From positions 70,216,721 to 70,266,115 of the forward strand of contig NC_068991.1 in NCBI RefSeq assembly GCF_001194135.2: a stretch of DNA of 49,395 bases, in the 5' to 3' direction. The notes beneath the pieces were generated by a model, which worked only from the letters and a program-made list of their open reading frames with translations, made no database searches and was not told the origin of the DNA. This document shows positions 27,164 to 39,572 of the stretch, one piece after another. Position 1 is the stretch's first letter; each line of letters begins with the position of its first letter. This DNA is from Octopus bimaculoides. Taxonomy: Eukaryota. Made by a program: the position numbers and the translations under genes.

Positions 27164-27620
27164 CTTCCTAGCTGCGCAGATGATACGAAAGTCCCGCAGA
27201 AAATACAGAACCCCAGCGATGTTGCACACCTGCAGCAGGAGTTGCACTCAATTTACAGATAGGTTGAGAATAATAATATGCAGTTGAATGCTGAAAAATT
27301 CCAAGCCCTGCGCTACCAGCGTCCAAGACTGAATATAAAACTTACAGGGTACACTGGTCCATAGGAGATTACAATCCCAGAGCCTAAATCAGTGAGGGAC
27401 CTGGGTATCGACATGAGTGATGATACCAGAACGATGGCAAAGTGCAGACGACTGGCTGGATGGATCCTGAGAACGTTCAGAACCAGAGAAAAGGAAACCA
27501 TAATTGTCTTCTGGAGGACATTCGTCCTCAATCGTCTGGATTACTCCTCTCAGCTATGGTCGCCCAATAGTGTAAAATTAACAGCGGACCTTGAAGCAAT
27601 CCAAGGAAGCTTCCGAAGAT
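27164..27620 (+). pseudogene. LINE reverse transcriptase C-terminal fragment, CR1/L2 group
   Basis: One frame with two TAG stops: CADDTKV...LQQELHSIYR*VENNNMQLNAEKFQ...SVRDLGIDMSDD...GWILRTFRTR...LNRLDYSSQLWSP. The (Y)ADDTK, DLG and LDY(C)SQLWSP motifs are typical of CR1/L2-type RT. Confidence 0.9.
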
Positions 27621-27644
27621 CGTCTCATTGCAACAGTTCAGATA

Positions 27645-27646
27645 GG

Positions 27647-27686
<40 letters not shown>

Positions 27687-27696
27687 GAGAGAGAGT

Positions 27697-27733
<37 letters not shown>

Positions 27734-28005
27734 NNNNNNNNNNNNNNNNNNNNNNNNNNNNNNNNNNNNNNNNNNNNNNNNNNNNNNNNNNNNNNNNNNN
27801 NNNNNNNNNNNNNNNNNNNNNNNNNNNNNNNNNNNNNNNNNNNNNNNNNNNNNNNNNNNCAGACGGACAGACAGACAGACAAATAGATAGAAGACATAGA
27901 TAGAGAGAAAACAATAGACATACAGACAGACAGACAGACAGGCAAACAGATAGACAGATGGACAGATGGACAGACAGATAGCCAGACAGACAAATAGATA
28001 GATAA

Positions 28006-28058
<53 letters not shown>

Positions 28059-28085
28059 AAGCAATAGACAGACGGACGGACGGAC
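27645..28085. repeat. (GATA)n/(GA)n/(GACA)n compound microsatellite with gap
   Basis: Seen directly. Confidence 0.95.
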
Positions 28086-28818
28086 GCACAGACAAAAGAC
28101 AGATAGACTGATAGAAAAAGCGTAAGTGTGTGTTTGCATGTATGTATGCAGACACAATTTAATCGTTTCACTCAGTTTAGCAAGGTGGTTTTATACAGGT
28201 GCAGAAACTCCATCAACAACGTTGTCTCAGCATTCTCCCTATTATTAATAATCGGTGAATGCGTAAACTTTATTCACCTGCTCTCATATATGTTTCATAA
28301 TGTTAAGTAAGTCCATCCGTATTGTGACAGTAGAATATCCTGTTCTTGTTTCAGTCTGTTGATATCCATTGCATATACATTTCTCATAATGAATGTCAAT
28401 TACATGATTTACTTCGTAATGTACAATACGAGAAAATTTTAAATTCTTTCTGGGATATCAATTATTTTCAATCTTTTATGAACTGGCGAAATAAATCTTA
28501 TCTATGTAGTAGTTTCCCGTTTTCGCTTTACGAGATTTGTATTTAGGTGTTCTACGCTTCTCGCATATATTTACGTGCAAGCAGCCATTTATGCACTTTT
28601 ATACACAAACACGCATACACGCACAGACATAAACTCACTTATGTAATTTTATGCATGCACGTACATATGTGTGTCTGTATTTGTGTTTTCGTGTTTCTTA
28701 TGTACGTCTACAGGTACGCAGCCGTATTTGTCTGTTTACACATAGGCATTTATATGTATGCATGTATGTATGTATGTATGTATGTATGTATATTTGTACG
28801 TATGTACGTAGTTGGTTT

Positions 28819-28853
<35 letters not shown>

Positions 28854-30459
28854 GCATATATGTGTGTTTATACATTACATATCTACATATTTACGCACAA
28901 ATATATATGCATATATATATATGTATGCATGTATATGTGTGTGACTGTGAGTGTGTGTGTGCGTGTGCGTATGCATGTACGTGTGTGTGTGTGTGTGTAT
29001 ACCTTGCAATCGATTTATTTTACTAGCTCTGTGTTTAATTTCAACGAAAAATCTTCCTATTCTATAACACTTAATTACTACAGCAAAAGGGAAGAGCAAA
29101 ATTATAGAAAACGACGATAAAATTCTAAGAGAAAAACTTCAATATTTTAGATTTACCATTCCAATCACGTAAAGATTGTGTTTCATTGTGAACACAAGCT
29201 GGTGACATTTTGTCATTAAAACAACTTTTCTTAGAACCGCCATAACCACAACAAAAATAATAATAACAACTTCAACAGCTAACCAATTATTAATTCACTT
29301 CACCTGTCTTCGTTTTCTATCGTATATTCTTTAAAATCTTGTTTGGCAAAATGTCGAAAAGTGACGATAATAAAAATAGGCGCACAGCAACTGTATTTCC
29401 AATAACAGTAATAACAACGTCAAAACATATCATAATTTATATTATGTGGAAAAAAAGGATCCATAGCCGTCAATCTCACACGAATATGACCTGGTAGCAT
29501 GTAGTAACATGCACGGTTATGTTTCTAGGTGTTGCAAATTTCTATGTAAGGTTTCAAGCAGAAATAGATACCGTTTGCTCTGCTGTCATGGATCCGGTGG
29601 AGCATTAAAGATGTAACTATTAAAGGGGAATAGATCTTCCCCAAGACTTAGCAGGTATTTATGCCCTGCAGTGTAGACTGAAGCAACGAGAGATGCGAAT
29701 TGCTCAAAGACACGGCGTGCTGTACAGTCATACATTCGAACAGTCGACCATATGATCGCAAGCCAAACACCCAAACTATATGTCCACGCCTCGTTAAAAA
29801 TTTGTTATATAATCACATGACTAGAAAATTTACAGCGAAGAGCTAATAATACATAAACCCCAGTATCTGTCAGGTACTTTATTTTATCTAAGAATTTTTT
29901 AAAAAGCCGACATTGGTAGAATTAAACTCAGAACTTTGAGTGCCGTAACTAAATACCATAAAATGCTTTCTTAAATAGACAAGAGTGGGGCAGGGCATAA
30001 AATTTGAGAGCGGATGGCGTTGTCCGTTCTCTTGTACTCATCACATAACTTGTATTATATTTTATCGACCTCCGAAGGAGGTGTTGATATCAGCGGGCTT
30101 TGTGCTTTGGTTCAAGGCATTTTGAATTTATGTATGAATATTAACAATTTATTCTAATTTATTCTAATTTTATCGCCCAGGAAAACACAAATGTCAGCTT
30201 GTGTCACGTGAATTCTGGGTTCAGAATTTTAAAAAAATAACTAAGTAAAGCAAAATAATTTTAGTCCCAGCACTCTACTGTTGTTGCTAATTATGAAGTT
30301 ACTAATCATCATAAAGCATTTTGGTCCCAGTACATTACTGTTGCTATTACTCACTGTCTTCTCCTCAAAATGTTAATAGCACAGAAAGATAAAGAAAAGG
30401 TTATGTATACCAGGTATATCCACATAAAAGAAGAAATCTTTTCCTTATTATCATTATTA

Positions 30460-30733
30460 TAAGGTGGTGAGCTGGCAGAATTGTTAGCATGCCGGATAAA
30501 ATGCTTAACGGCATTTTTACCGGTTTTTAATTTTTGAGTTCAAATACCACTGAAGTCGACAAGGCCCAGGAGTGGCTGTGTGGTAAGTAGCTTGCTTACC
30601 AACCACATGGTTCCGGGTTCAGTCCCATTGCATGGCACCTTGTGTAAGTGTCTTCTACTATAGCCTCGGGCCGACCAAAGCCTTGTGAGTGGATTTGGTA
30701 GGCGAAAACTGAAAGAAGCCCGTCGTATATATG

Positions 30734-30768
<35 letters not shown>

Positions 30769-31095
30769 CTGTGTCTGTGTTTGTCCCCCCACCATCGCTT
30801 GACAACCGATGCTGGTGTGTTTACGTCCCCGTAACTTAGCGGTTCGGCAAAAAGAGACCGATAGAATAAGTACTAGGTTCACAAAGAATAAGTTCTGGGG
30901 TCGATTTGCTCGACTAAAGGCGGTGCTCCAGCATGGCCGCAGTCAGATGACTGAAATAAGTAAGAGAGAATAAAAGAGAATTCCTTTTATCCTTTCGGGG
31001 TCGTTAAAATAAATACAAGTTTGGCAATGGCGTCGATATATCCTACGTCACCTCTTCTCAATATTGCTGGCCTTGTATTGACACTTTGAAATAAT
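30460..31095 (+). mobile_element. SINE family B split by a family C insertion (B parts 30460-30560 and 30981-31095)
   Basis: 5' part ends at gaagtcgac and the 3' part resumes at ttccttttatcctttcggggtcg, continuous with the family sequence gtcgactttgcctttcatcctttcggggtcg. Confidence 0.85.
30561..30980 (+). mobile_element. SINE family C, full length, nested in family B
   Basis: Same head, CORE-like segment, (TA)(TG) core and tail as 14830-15654. Confidence 0.95.
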
Positions 31096-31866
31096 TATTA
31101 CTATTGATATTTATTTTTCAAAGAGTCTCTTTTTCTCATTAGTCTTCTGTCTTGCTTCCACTCTATTAAAATATCTATAGCATCGAAACCACCGTTGTTC
31201 CGTTGTTTACAAATGTTTTAATGATATTTTTAAGACGTTGATATCATATCTGAACAAGATTTAGTTGTAGTTACAAGTATGTCGACGACATAATTCATGG
31301 TGGCTTGTTTATTTTACGTCTTTATTTTTCATTTCAAACACCGCCATTGTGATAGGAAATTTATTCAACGGGCTGCTAATAGTTAGTTCTGTTACACAAA
31401 TAAATGGAGAATACTATTAAAAGAGTCTTTTAAAATGGTGATATGTAGCTTAGGAAAAAAAGAATACATATCAAAATCTCCACCGAGCTGTGACTGATTT
31501 TGATTGTAGAAATTCTTAGATAAAGAGAACATTACCGTGGTTTAGTCACAGTATGTTAATGTTCACATCGTTGCAATCCCACAATAGCAAAGAGTTCTAT
31601 AGCTAGATAGAATCTCGATATGATGCAGTCACAGGATGACAGTCATAGAATAAAAGAATACACAGGCTTAGTAATGGCATAGAAATGATGAAATGGCAGA
31701 ATAATAAAGATTCAATGGTTGATTCCACTGTTGTTGGAGTGAGAGTCTGGTTTAAGGACAAAAAGCGAATATTTTGTGAATTACGTCAAGTATTAGGTGA
31801 TAGCAGAGTGAGTTGACAGTCACATCAGCGGAAATTGCTGTTAATTGACAGCCCATAAAAAAAAGG

Positions 31867-31868
<2 letters not shown>

Positions 31869-31933
<65 letters not shown>

Positions 31934-31938
31934 TAATA

Positions 31939-31970
<32 letters not shown>
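31869..31970. repeat. (AAT)n-(GAT)n microsatellite
   Basis: Seen directly. Confidence 0.95.
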
Positions 31971-32164
31971 AAGTACGTCGTCTCTCTAAGTCAGGGAGGG
32001 GATTATCTTTATATCAATGACCATCTTCGCATCAGTCGAGGAGAAGGCTAACACCCGTTATTCTCGCATCAAAATCCAGGTACTTAAGAGAAAACGAGAG
32101 AGAGAGAGGGGTAGGGAGAGAGAGAGGGGGAGGGAGAGAGAGGGAGAGAGAGGGAGAGAGAGAC

Positions 32165-32195
<31 letters not shown>

Positions 32196-32293
32196 GGGAA
32201 AGAGTACGAAACAGATAAAGAAAGAGATAAAGAAAGAGATGGTAGTTTCATATTTAATTCACTTNNNNNNNNNNGAGAGAGGGAGAGAGAGAC

Positions 32294-32328
<35 letters not shown>

Positions 32329-32426
32329 GGGAAAGAGTACGAAACAGATAAAGAAAGAGATAAAGAAAGAGATGGTAGTTTCATATTTAATTCACTTTTT
32401 TCTCTCTCTCCCTCACTCAATTCTCA

Positions 32427-32468
<42 letters not shown>

Positions 32469-33389
32469 CTCTCGCTCTTTGACCCTCTTTTTTTCACTCT
32501 CCCCCTCTCCCTCTCCCCTCTCTCTCGCTCCCTCTCTTTCCTGGACGAATCACATTATACTCTTGGTGACCTTCTTGTGTCAATATTTCTTTTTCATGTC
32601 TGATAACTAGCATTAAACGTTCTTTTTGAAATGTTATGTGTGACTAATGAAATATATTATCCCTATAAATAACACATTACACTAACAACGAACTCTTTAT
32701 AGCCGACCTCCTCCACACTTCTTCATTTGCTTTTTCTTCTTCTAATCCTCTTTCGCCCCCCCCCTATTCCTTGTCATTTATTTATTTTTTTAGTTTTTGT
32801 TATGCTGCATTGTATGCATCATTTTTTGTATTTTGTTGGGGTTTTTTTTGGTATCATTTCCCCTACCTCATCTTTTTTTTTTATGTAAACCCCTTCACAG
32901 AAATTGTAATTCGTCCTTGTAATGCCCCTCTCATCTGATGCTCTTGTGGTTAAATTCAAGAAATCAGCCTGGACATCCTCATTATCACCATCGTCCTCTT
33001 CCTCGTAGTCGTTATCATCATTATATATTTCGTATATGAATACGTTTATGTAAACTATGTGATCGAAGATAGCAAAAAAAAAATAAGAAAGAAATGGGTG
33101 TATATGCATATTTCAGGAATTGTTGTTCCCTCCTCAGTATCACACCCAACCCATCCACGAATACGTTGCGTAAATAGCTACCAAGTATAGCGGTGTATCA
33201 CAACTGGATTAACCAATTTTGCTAACATTGGTAGGAAATAGTATTGATTTCTAAGCCTTTAATATAATTTGTAATATATTACGATTGCATAACAAAATAC
33301 AGTGTCCCTACCAGCAACATGCCCCATGTAAGCTTATATGCGTTTGTGTGCGTGAGTTTGTATGTGTATGAGTGTGCGTCTGTGCGCGC

Positions 33390-33448
<59 letters not shown>

Positions 33449-34371
33449 NNNNNNNNNNNNNNNNNNNNNNNNNNNNNNNNNNNNNNNNNNNNNNNNNNNN
33501 NNNNNNNNNNNNNNNNNNNNNNNNNNNNNNNNNNNNNNNNNNNNNNNNNNNNNNNNNNNNNNNNNNNNNNNNNNNNNNNNNNNNNNNNNNNNNNNNNNNN
33601 NNNNNNNNNNNNNNNNNNNNNNNNNNNNNNNNNNNNNNNNNNNNNNNNNNNNNNNNNNNNNNNNNNNNNNNNNNNNNNNNNNNNNNNNNNNNNNNNNNNN
33701 NNNNNNNNNNNNNNNNNNNNNNNNNNNNNNNNNNNNNNNNNNNNNNNNNNNNNNNNNNNNNNNNNNNNNNNNNNNNNNNNNNNNNNNNNNNNNNNNNNNN
33801 NNNNNNNNNNNNNNNNNNNNNNNNNNNNNNNNNNNNNNNNNNNNNGGTGGTGGTGGTGGTGGTGGTGGTGGTGGTAATGGTTGTATTTTTGTTGTAATGT
33901 GATAGTGTTGGTGGTGGTGCTGGGAGGCGGGGTTAGTGGTGGTAGTTGTTCTTGCGGTCGATTAATATGTAAATGGATGGAAGATTTGTACAAATATCAC
34001 GACTGCACAATCGAAATGCAAATTCCTTTATTTTTAAAAATTTTTGTCTCCTCTTTTTTTTTTTTACAATCCGTCCCATATAACATGATTCATAATTAAA
34101 AATGGAATATTTAAAACATTTGCAGCTCACAGCATATTTCTCCTTAAACGAACAATATGGCGCCTATCACGTCTTCGCCGTTTTTCTGAGCATTCATCCC
34201 GTTAAGTGTATGTAACCGAATTTACGTCAAAACAAAACTCTGTCCCACAAATAAATGTATCATGTTATTACTTTATTTCAGTTCATTTCTCTCCATTTTT
34301 TCATTCTTCCACTTCACTTTCTATTTCATATCTTCTCTAGAATAACTATTGCTTAACCATTTTCTCACACC

Positions 34372-34419
34372 GTCTCCAATGAAAGGATATATAAAACATC
34401 CCGGAAACAGCTGTAAGAC
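34372..34419 (+). ncRNA. Decayed minimal type-I hammerhead ribozyme motif
   Basis: GTCT-CCAATGA-AAGGATATATAAAACATCCCG-GAAA-CAGCTG-TA-AGAC: helix I GTCT/AGAC, helix II GGAT/ATCC, palindromic helix III; core has two deviations from CUGANGA. Confidence 0.6.
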
Positions 34420-34632
34420 CTATTTATATATGTTCTGAAATCTTTCACAGCCTTGGATTTTTATCTCATTCTGTAAACTTTTTTATATATACACATGCTG
34501 GTATATGACCTACGTTGGACTCCTCATTCGCATAATCACCGAACCTGGAGCTTAACTATGGTCTGTCCATAGCACTTACTCAGAATTACCGGACATCTTT
34601 GGGTCTATTTGATACACGACTGCCTCTCATAA

Positions 34633-34680
<48 letters not shown>

Positions 34681-34758
34681 CATACATGTGTGTAAATTTG
34701 AACAATATGTGTGTGTGTGTGTGCACATACATACATAGTACATATACGCAAAACGTTT

Positions 34759-34805
<47 letters not shown>

Positions 34806-34904
34806 TTAATTATTTATTCTTGTTAAACGTCCTTAATTGTTTATCGCGCTAATGAACATATTACTTAGACTACATCAAATTTTAATAATATTAAGTTTTA
34901 TGTT

Positions 34905-35294
34905 CCTCTGCTCTCCTTTTTGACGTTGTTGTTGTTATTGTTGTCGCTGTCGTTGTTGTTTTAATTATTATTATTATTAGTAGTATTATTATTATTGTTT
35001 TTGTTATAGCTTGTGAGGGGTTGGTACTTCAATTTCAACTTTCAGAATCTAAAAACAAAAAAATGAATAAATAAATAAAATAAAATAAAATAATAACAGA
35101 AAGCGTAAAAATAATTGACAAAACTAGACATATAAACAAAAATTAAAAAAATAAAATGCAAGCAACAAAATCAAAACAGCAAACATCCAACCAAACAAAT
35201 ACAAAAATAACACAAAGCAACAGAAAACGCAATCAGTCACTCCGCCCCTTCCTCCCGCTCTACCTCCTCCTCCCTATCCTCGTCTTTTTCCTTC

Positions 35295-35346
<52 letters not shown>

Positions 35347-35444
35347 TATTGTTGTTATTATTATTATTATTATTATTATTTTTATTTTTATTTTTATTAT
35401 TATCATCATCATTATTATTATTATTATTATTATTTTTATTTTCA

Positions 35445-35479
<35 letters not shown>

Positions 35480-35835
35480 TTTATTTTTATTTTTATTATT
35501 ATCATCATCATTATTATTATTATTATGATTTTTTTTATGTCTTTTATTTAAGTATTTCTTGTGATTTTTTTTGTTTTGTTTCTTTTTCTGTTTTCGTTTA
35601 CTCTTTTCAATTTATTTCTTTTGCGCTTTCCAAACTTTTGTTTTCCCTCTTTTTTTTTGGCATCTTCTTCCTCTCCTCCTCCTCCTCCTCCTGCTTCTTC
35701 TTCCCTGACATTTGCTACAATAAAAATGAACAACTTTCTTTTCCTTGTTGGTATTAATAACTATGACTGGGCAATTTTAATTTGCTATGAAATTTAACAA
35801 TGCTTCACTAGAATCCTCAACGTTCTTCTTCCTCT

Positions 35836-35867
<32 letters not shown>

Positions 35868-36030
35868 TTCTTCTTCTTCTTCTTCTTCTTCTTCTTCTTC
35901 TTCTTCTTCTTCTTCTTCTTCTTCTTGTCGTTGTTACTGCTGTTGTTGTTTTTGTTTTTGCTATTGTTGTACTTATTGTTTCAATTCTTTCTGCTGTTCA
36001 AAATGCCGTCGTTGTTGTTATTGCTATGGC

Positions 36031-36076
<46 letters not shown>

Positions 36077-36203
36077 TTTGTTGTTGTTGTTGTTGTTGTT
36101 ATTATTATTATTATTATTATTGTTATTCTGGGGTTTTTTTCGATTTCATCCGTTTTGTTTTTGCTCTTCATATAACGATATTCTTCTTCTTCTTCTTCTT
36201 CTT

Positions 36204-36234
<31 letters not shown>

Positions 36235-36387
36235 TAGACGTTATTTTTGTTTCTGCTAATATCGTTTTTGTTGTTATTGTTTCTTTCTCTCTTCTTTTTT
36301 CTTTTCTTTTCCATATCGTTTAGTTGTTGATGTTGTTGAAATTATTTTGTTGTTTTAATTCCTATTTTGATCTCTGATTGTTCTTGA

Positions 36388-36418
<31 letters not shown>

Positions 36419-36636
36419 CGCAGTTAATATTGTTGATGCTGACATTGCTGTTGTTGTTGTTGTTGTAAGATTGTTGCTGTTTATTACTACTATTGTTTTT
36501 CTTGTTTTTTTTCTCATTATCTGTTGATTTTTTTTGTGTATGTTGTTCTTTTTGTTTCGTTGTTGTTTTACTGATTTCGCTTCTTTCTGTTGACGACATT
36601 GTTAGTCTTACTGTAGTAGTAGTAGTAGTAGTAGTG

Positions 36637-36674
<38 letters not shown>

Positions 36675-37009
36675 TGTGTGATGGTGGTGGTGGTGGTAGT
36701 GGTGGTGGTGGTAGTATTAGTGGTTGTGGTGGTGGTGGTGGTAATATTNNNNNNNNNNNNNNNNNNNNNNNNNNNNNNNNNNNNNNNNNNNNNNNNNNNN
36801 NNNNNNNNNNNNNNNNNNNNNNNNNNNNNNNNNNNNNNNNNNNNNNNNNNNNNNNNNNNNNNNGGTGGTGGTGGTGGTGGTGGTGGTGTTACTAGTAGTA
36901 AACGTAGTAGTTGTAGTAATGGTGGTGGTGGTGGTGGTGGTGGTAGTGATGGTAGTAATAGTGGTGTTGGTGGTGGTGGTGGCGGTGGTGTTACTAGAAG
37001 TAAACGTAT

Positions 37010-37066
<57 letters not shown>

Positions 37067-37806
37067 CTACGGCTGTTGCTATCGTTAGTATTATTTCTGT
37101 TGTTGCTGTTGTAGTTGCTGCTGTTATTGTTGTTGTTGTTGTATGATCTCTTCATGAGAATGACTAAACTCAATGCCAAGCCCTTGCAGTATCCTTTGTA
37201 GCTCAGGGTTACAAAGGATAAAACAAACGAGAAAGGAAATACCTTAATACGAAACAGGAGGAGGAGGAGGAGAAGAAAGAGAAGGAAGAGAAGAAGGGAG
37301 AGAGGTGAAAAGGGTTTCCACTGTTGTTGTTGTTGTTTTCGTTTTGTTTTTGTTTTATATATTTCATCTTTGTCAATGACGTACGAAAAAGAGGGGTCTT
37401 TTTTCTGTATTTTTAAGATGCTGGTGAGAGAGGAAAAGTTGGTGAAATGTATCTGATTGGGCATGAGATGTGGGGTGGGGGTAAAGACGTGGGGTGGAGG
37501 GAGAGGGAATGGGGGAGTGAGGGGTAAGAGATAGGGGAAGCGAGGAAGGGAAAAACCACGATTAAAATGTATCATTGTGATATTACGATATACTAATGAC
37601 AGCTAAGATATTACTACTACTACAACTACCACTACTACTACTACTACTACTACAACTACCACTACTACTACTACTACTACTGCAAGAAGGGAAGAAGATA
37701 ATGATGATACGATGATGACGACGACGATAACGATGACGACGACGACGATGACGAAGAAGAAGAAGAAGAAGAAGAAGAAGAAGAAGAAGAAGAAGAAGAA
37801 GAAGAA

Positions 37807-37856
<50 letters not shown>

Positions 37857-38110
37857 CGAAGATGATGACGAAGATGATGATAATGATGATGATGAAGAAA
37901 AAGAAGAAGAATATGAAGAAGAATGAATGAATGAAAGTTTAATTTCTGATTGTCTTCTTTTTTTTTTTCAAAAATATTAATAGTGTTCTTGTTGAGGCTG
38001 CTAGTATTCATTATTATTTTTGTTATTGTTCTTGTTATCGCGATTATCATCTGCGTTGTCATCATTATGATACTGACGATAACAACAACAACAACAACAA
38101 CAAGTAGAGG
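34905..38110. repeat. Mosaic of perfect and degenerate trinucleotide repeats
   Basis: Successive (ATC), (ATT), (CTT), (GTT), (AGT), (GGT), (ACT/ACC), (GAC), (GAA), (GAT), (CAA) blocks. Confidence 0.9.
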
Positions 38111-39102
38111 ATTGTTTCGCCAAGAGAAGGGGTGATAATGAAAACATGGCTGACATAGGGGAAAGCAATATAAAAGGGATAAGGAGTGAATAATTGATTA
38201 AAGTGTAGAGGTGGAAAGAAAGGGAAGGAGGGGTAAGACAAGGGGGGAAGGTACGGAGGGGAGAGCGGAAGGGGTGGAGCGATTGAGAGTGTGATTGAGA
38301 AGGAGTGTGAGTTGGGGTGTGAGTGAGGATGAGAGAGAGGTAATGAGTAAGAGTGTGGGAGAATGGAAGAGAGAGAGAGAAATGGGGGGGAGAAAGAGGG
38401 AGAGGAAAAAGAAGAAAGTATGGCTGAATAAAACTGAAAGATAAATGGAGAGAAGGGTGTGGAGGAGGGTGATAATGAGTTAGAAAGCTTTAGGAGAGAG
38501 AGGGGAGATGGGTGAGATGGTGTGACACAGAGAGAGTGTGATGTGGAGAGGGAGGGTGAGCGATAGTGAGGTGGTGAGAGGCGTAATGTGAGTGAAATAA
38601 AAGAAAAAATGAAATGAATGATGAAGAGGTGAAAGGAAGGAAGGAAGGAAGGAGATGGGAGTAAATAGCTGTCTAAATGAACCAATAACACAATGACCAC
38701 GATTCCAGTCAACCACATCTGAATTTTTAATCATATCAAATTTAAAAAACATGAACAAACCAAAAATGTTTTTTTTTTAAAAAAAAAAAGAGCAACAAGA
38801 AAAACAAGACAAAGAAAAAATATTTTATTTGATAAAAAAAAATATAAGATTTAGAAAAATCCAACAGCAAGATCTAAAAATATAAAAAGCATAAAGTTAA
38901 CATGAACAACACCAAAAGCATAAAATAATAGCTACAACAATTATGGGAGCAAACATCGTTTTTTATGCTACTTAAGTCTTCATCTAATATGAAATTAATA
39001 CCGAAGCATATCGTATTACTGTGTTTTAGAATCGTTTTGGCTGTTGCTGTTGTTGGTTTTATTTATTAGCAATGAGGTAGGTAAATTACACACATCCCGT
39101 GA

Positions 39103-39260
39103 AATGGCGGAATTTTTAGAGCCCCGAAGAGAACACATTGCTGTATTCGGGCTGTTATTAGCACTCTGAGTTCAAATCTCTTGGAGTTGAACTTTGCCTT
39201 TCAATCACTTCAGGTGACATTAAAACGAATATCAGCCTTGTGTGAATAAACGATCCTTCC
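39103..39260 (+). mobile_element. SINE family B, degenerate
   Basis: ctctgagttcaaatc and gaactttgcctttcaatc. Confidence 0.5.
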
Positions 39261-39294
39261 CCATCTCTCTTTCGCTTTATATAGCCATTTTAGC

Positions 39295-39348
39295 AGCTCC
39301 GAGGATGCTATAAAATGCTGTACACGCTCTCAGAAACAGCTGTAAGCT
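39295..39348 (+). ncRNA. Minimal type-I hammerhead ribozyme motif, unit 1
   Basis: AGCT-CCGAGGA-TG(23 nt)CA-GAAA-CAGCTG-TA-AGCT; predicted cleavage after 39344. Confidence 0.65.
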
Positions 39349-39491
39349 AGTGAAAATGATTACATAACTCCTGTTCTTTTTGTCATTTTTTAATTGATAT
39401 TATCTCCTTACTCATTTGACGCTTTAGTCTAAAGGACAAGTGTTTTAGTTCTAATAACTAGTTATTATTCGCTTTATATAACCATTTTATC

Positions 39492-39572
39492 GGCTCCGAA
39501 GATGCTATAAAATGCTGTACACGCTCTCAGCACTGAGTAGAGTGCTTCTTATAGAAGAAACAGCTGTAAGCT
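39492..39572 (+). ncRNA. Minimal type-I hammerhead ribozyme motif, unit 2
   Basis: GGCT-CCGAAGA-TG-CTATAA...TTATAG-AA-GAAA-CAGCTG-TA-AGCT; predicted cleavage after 39568. Confidence 0.7.

Noticed and set aside
35156-38718. Poly-I, L, F, V, H, K ORFs
   Set aside because: Translations of trinucleotide repeats with no coding signature.
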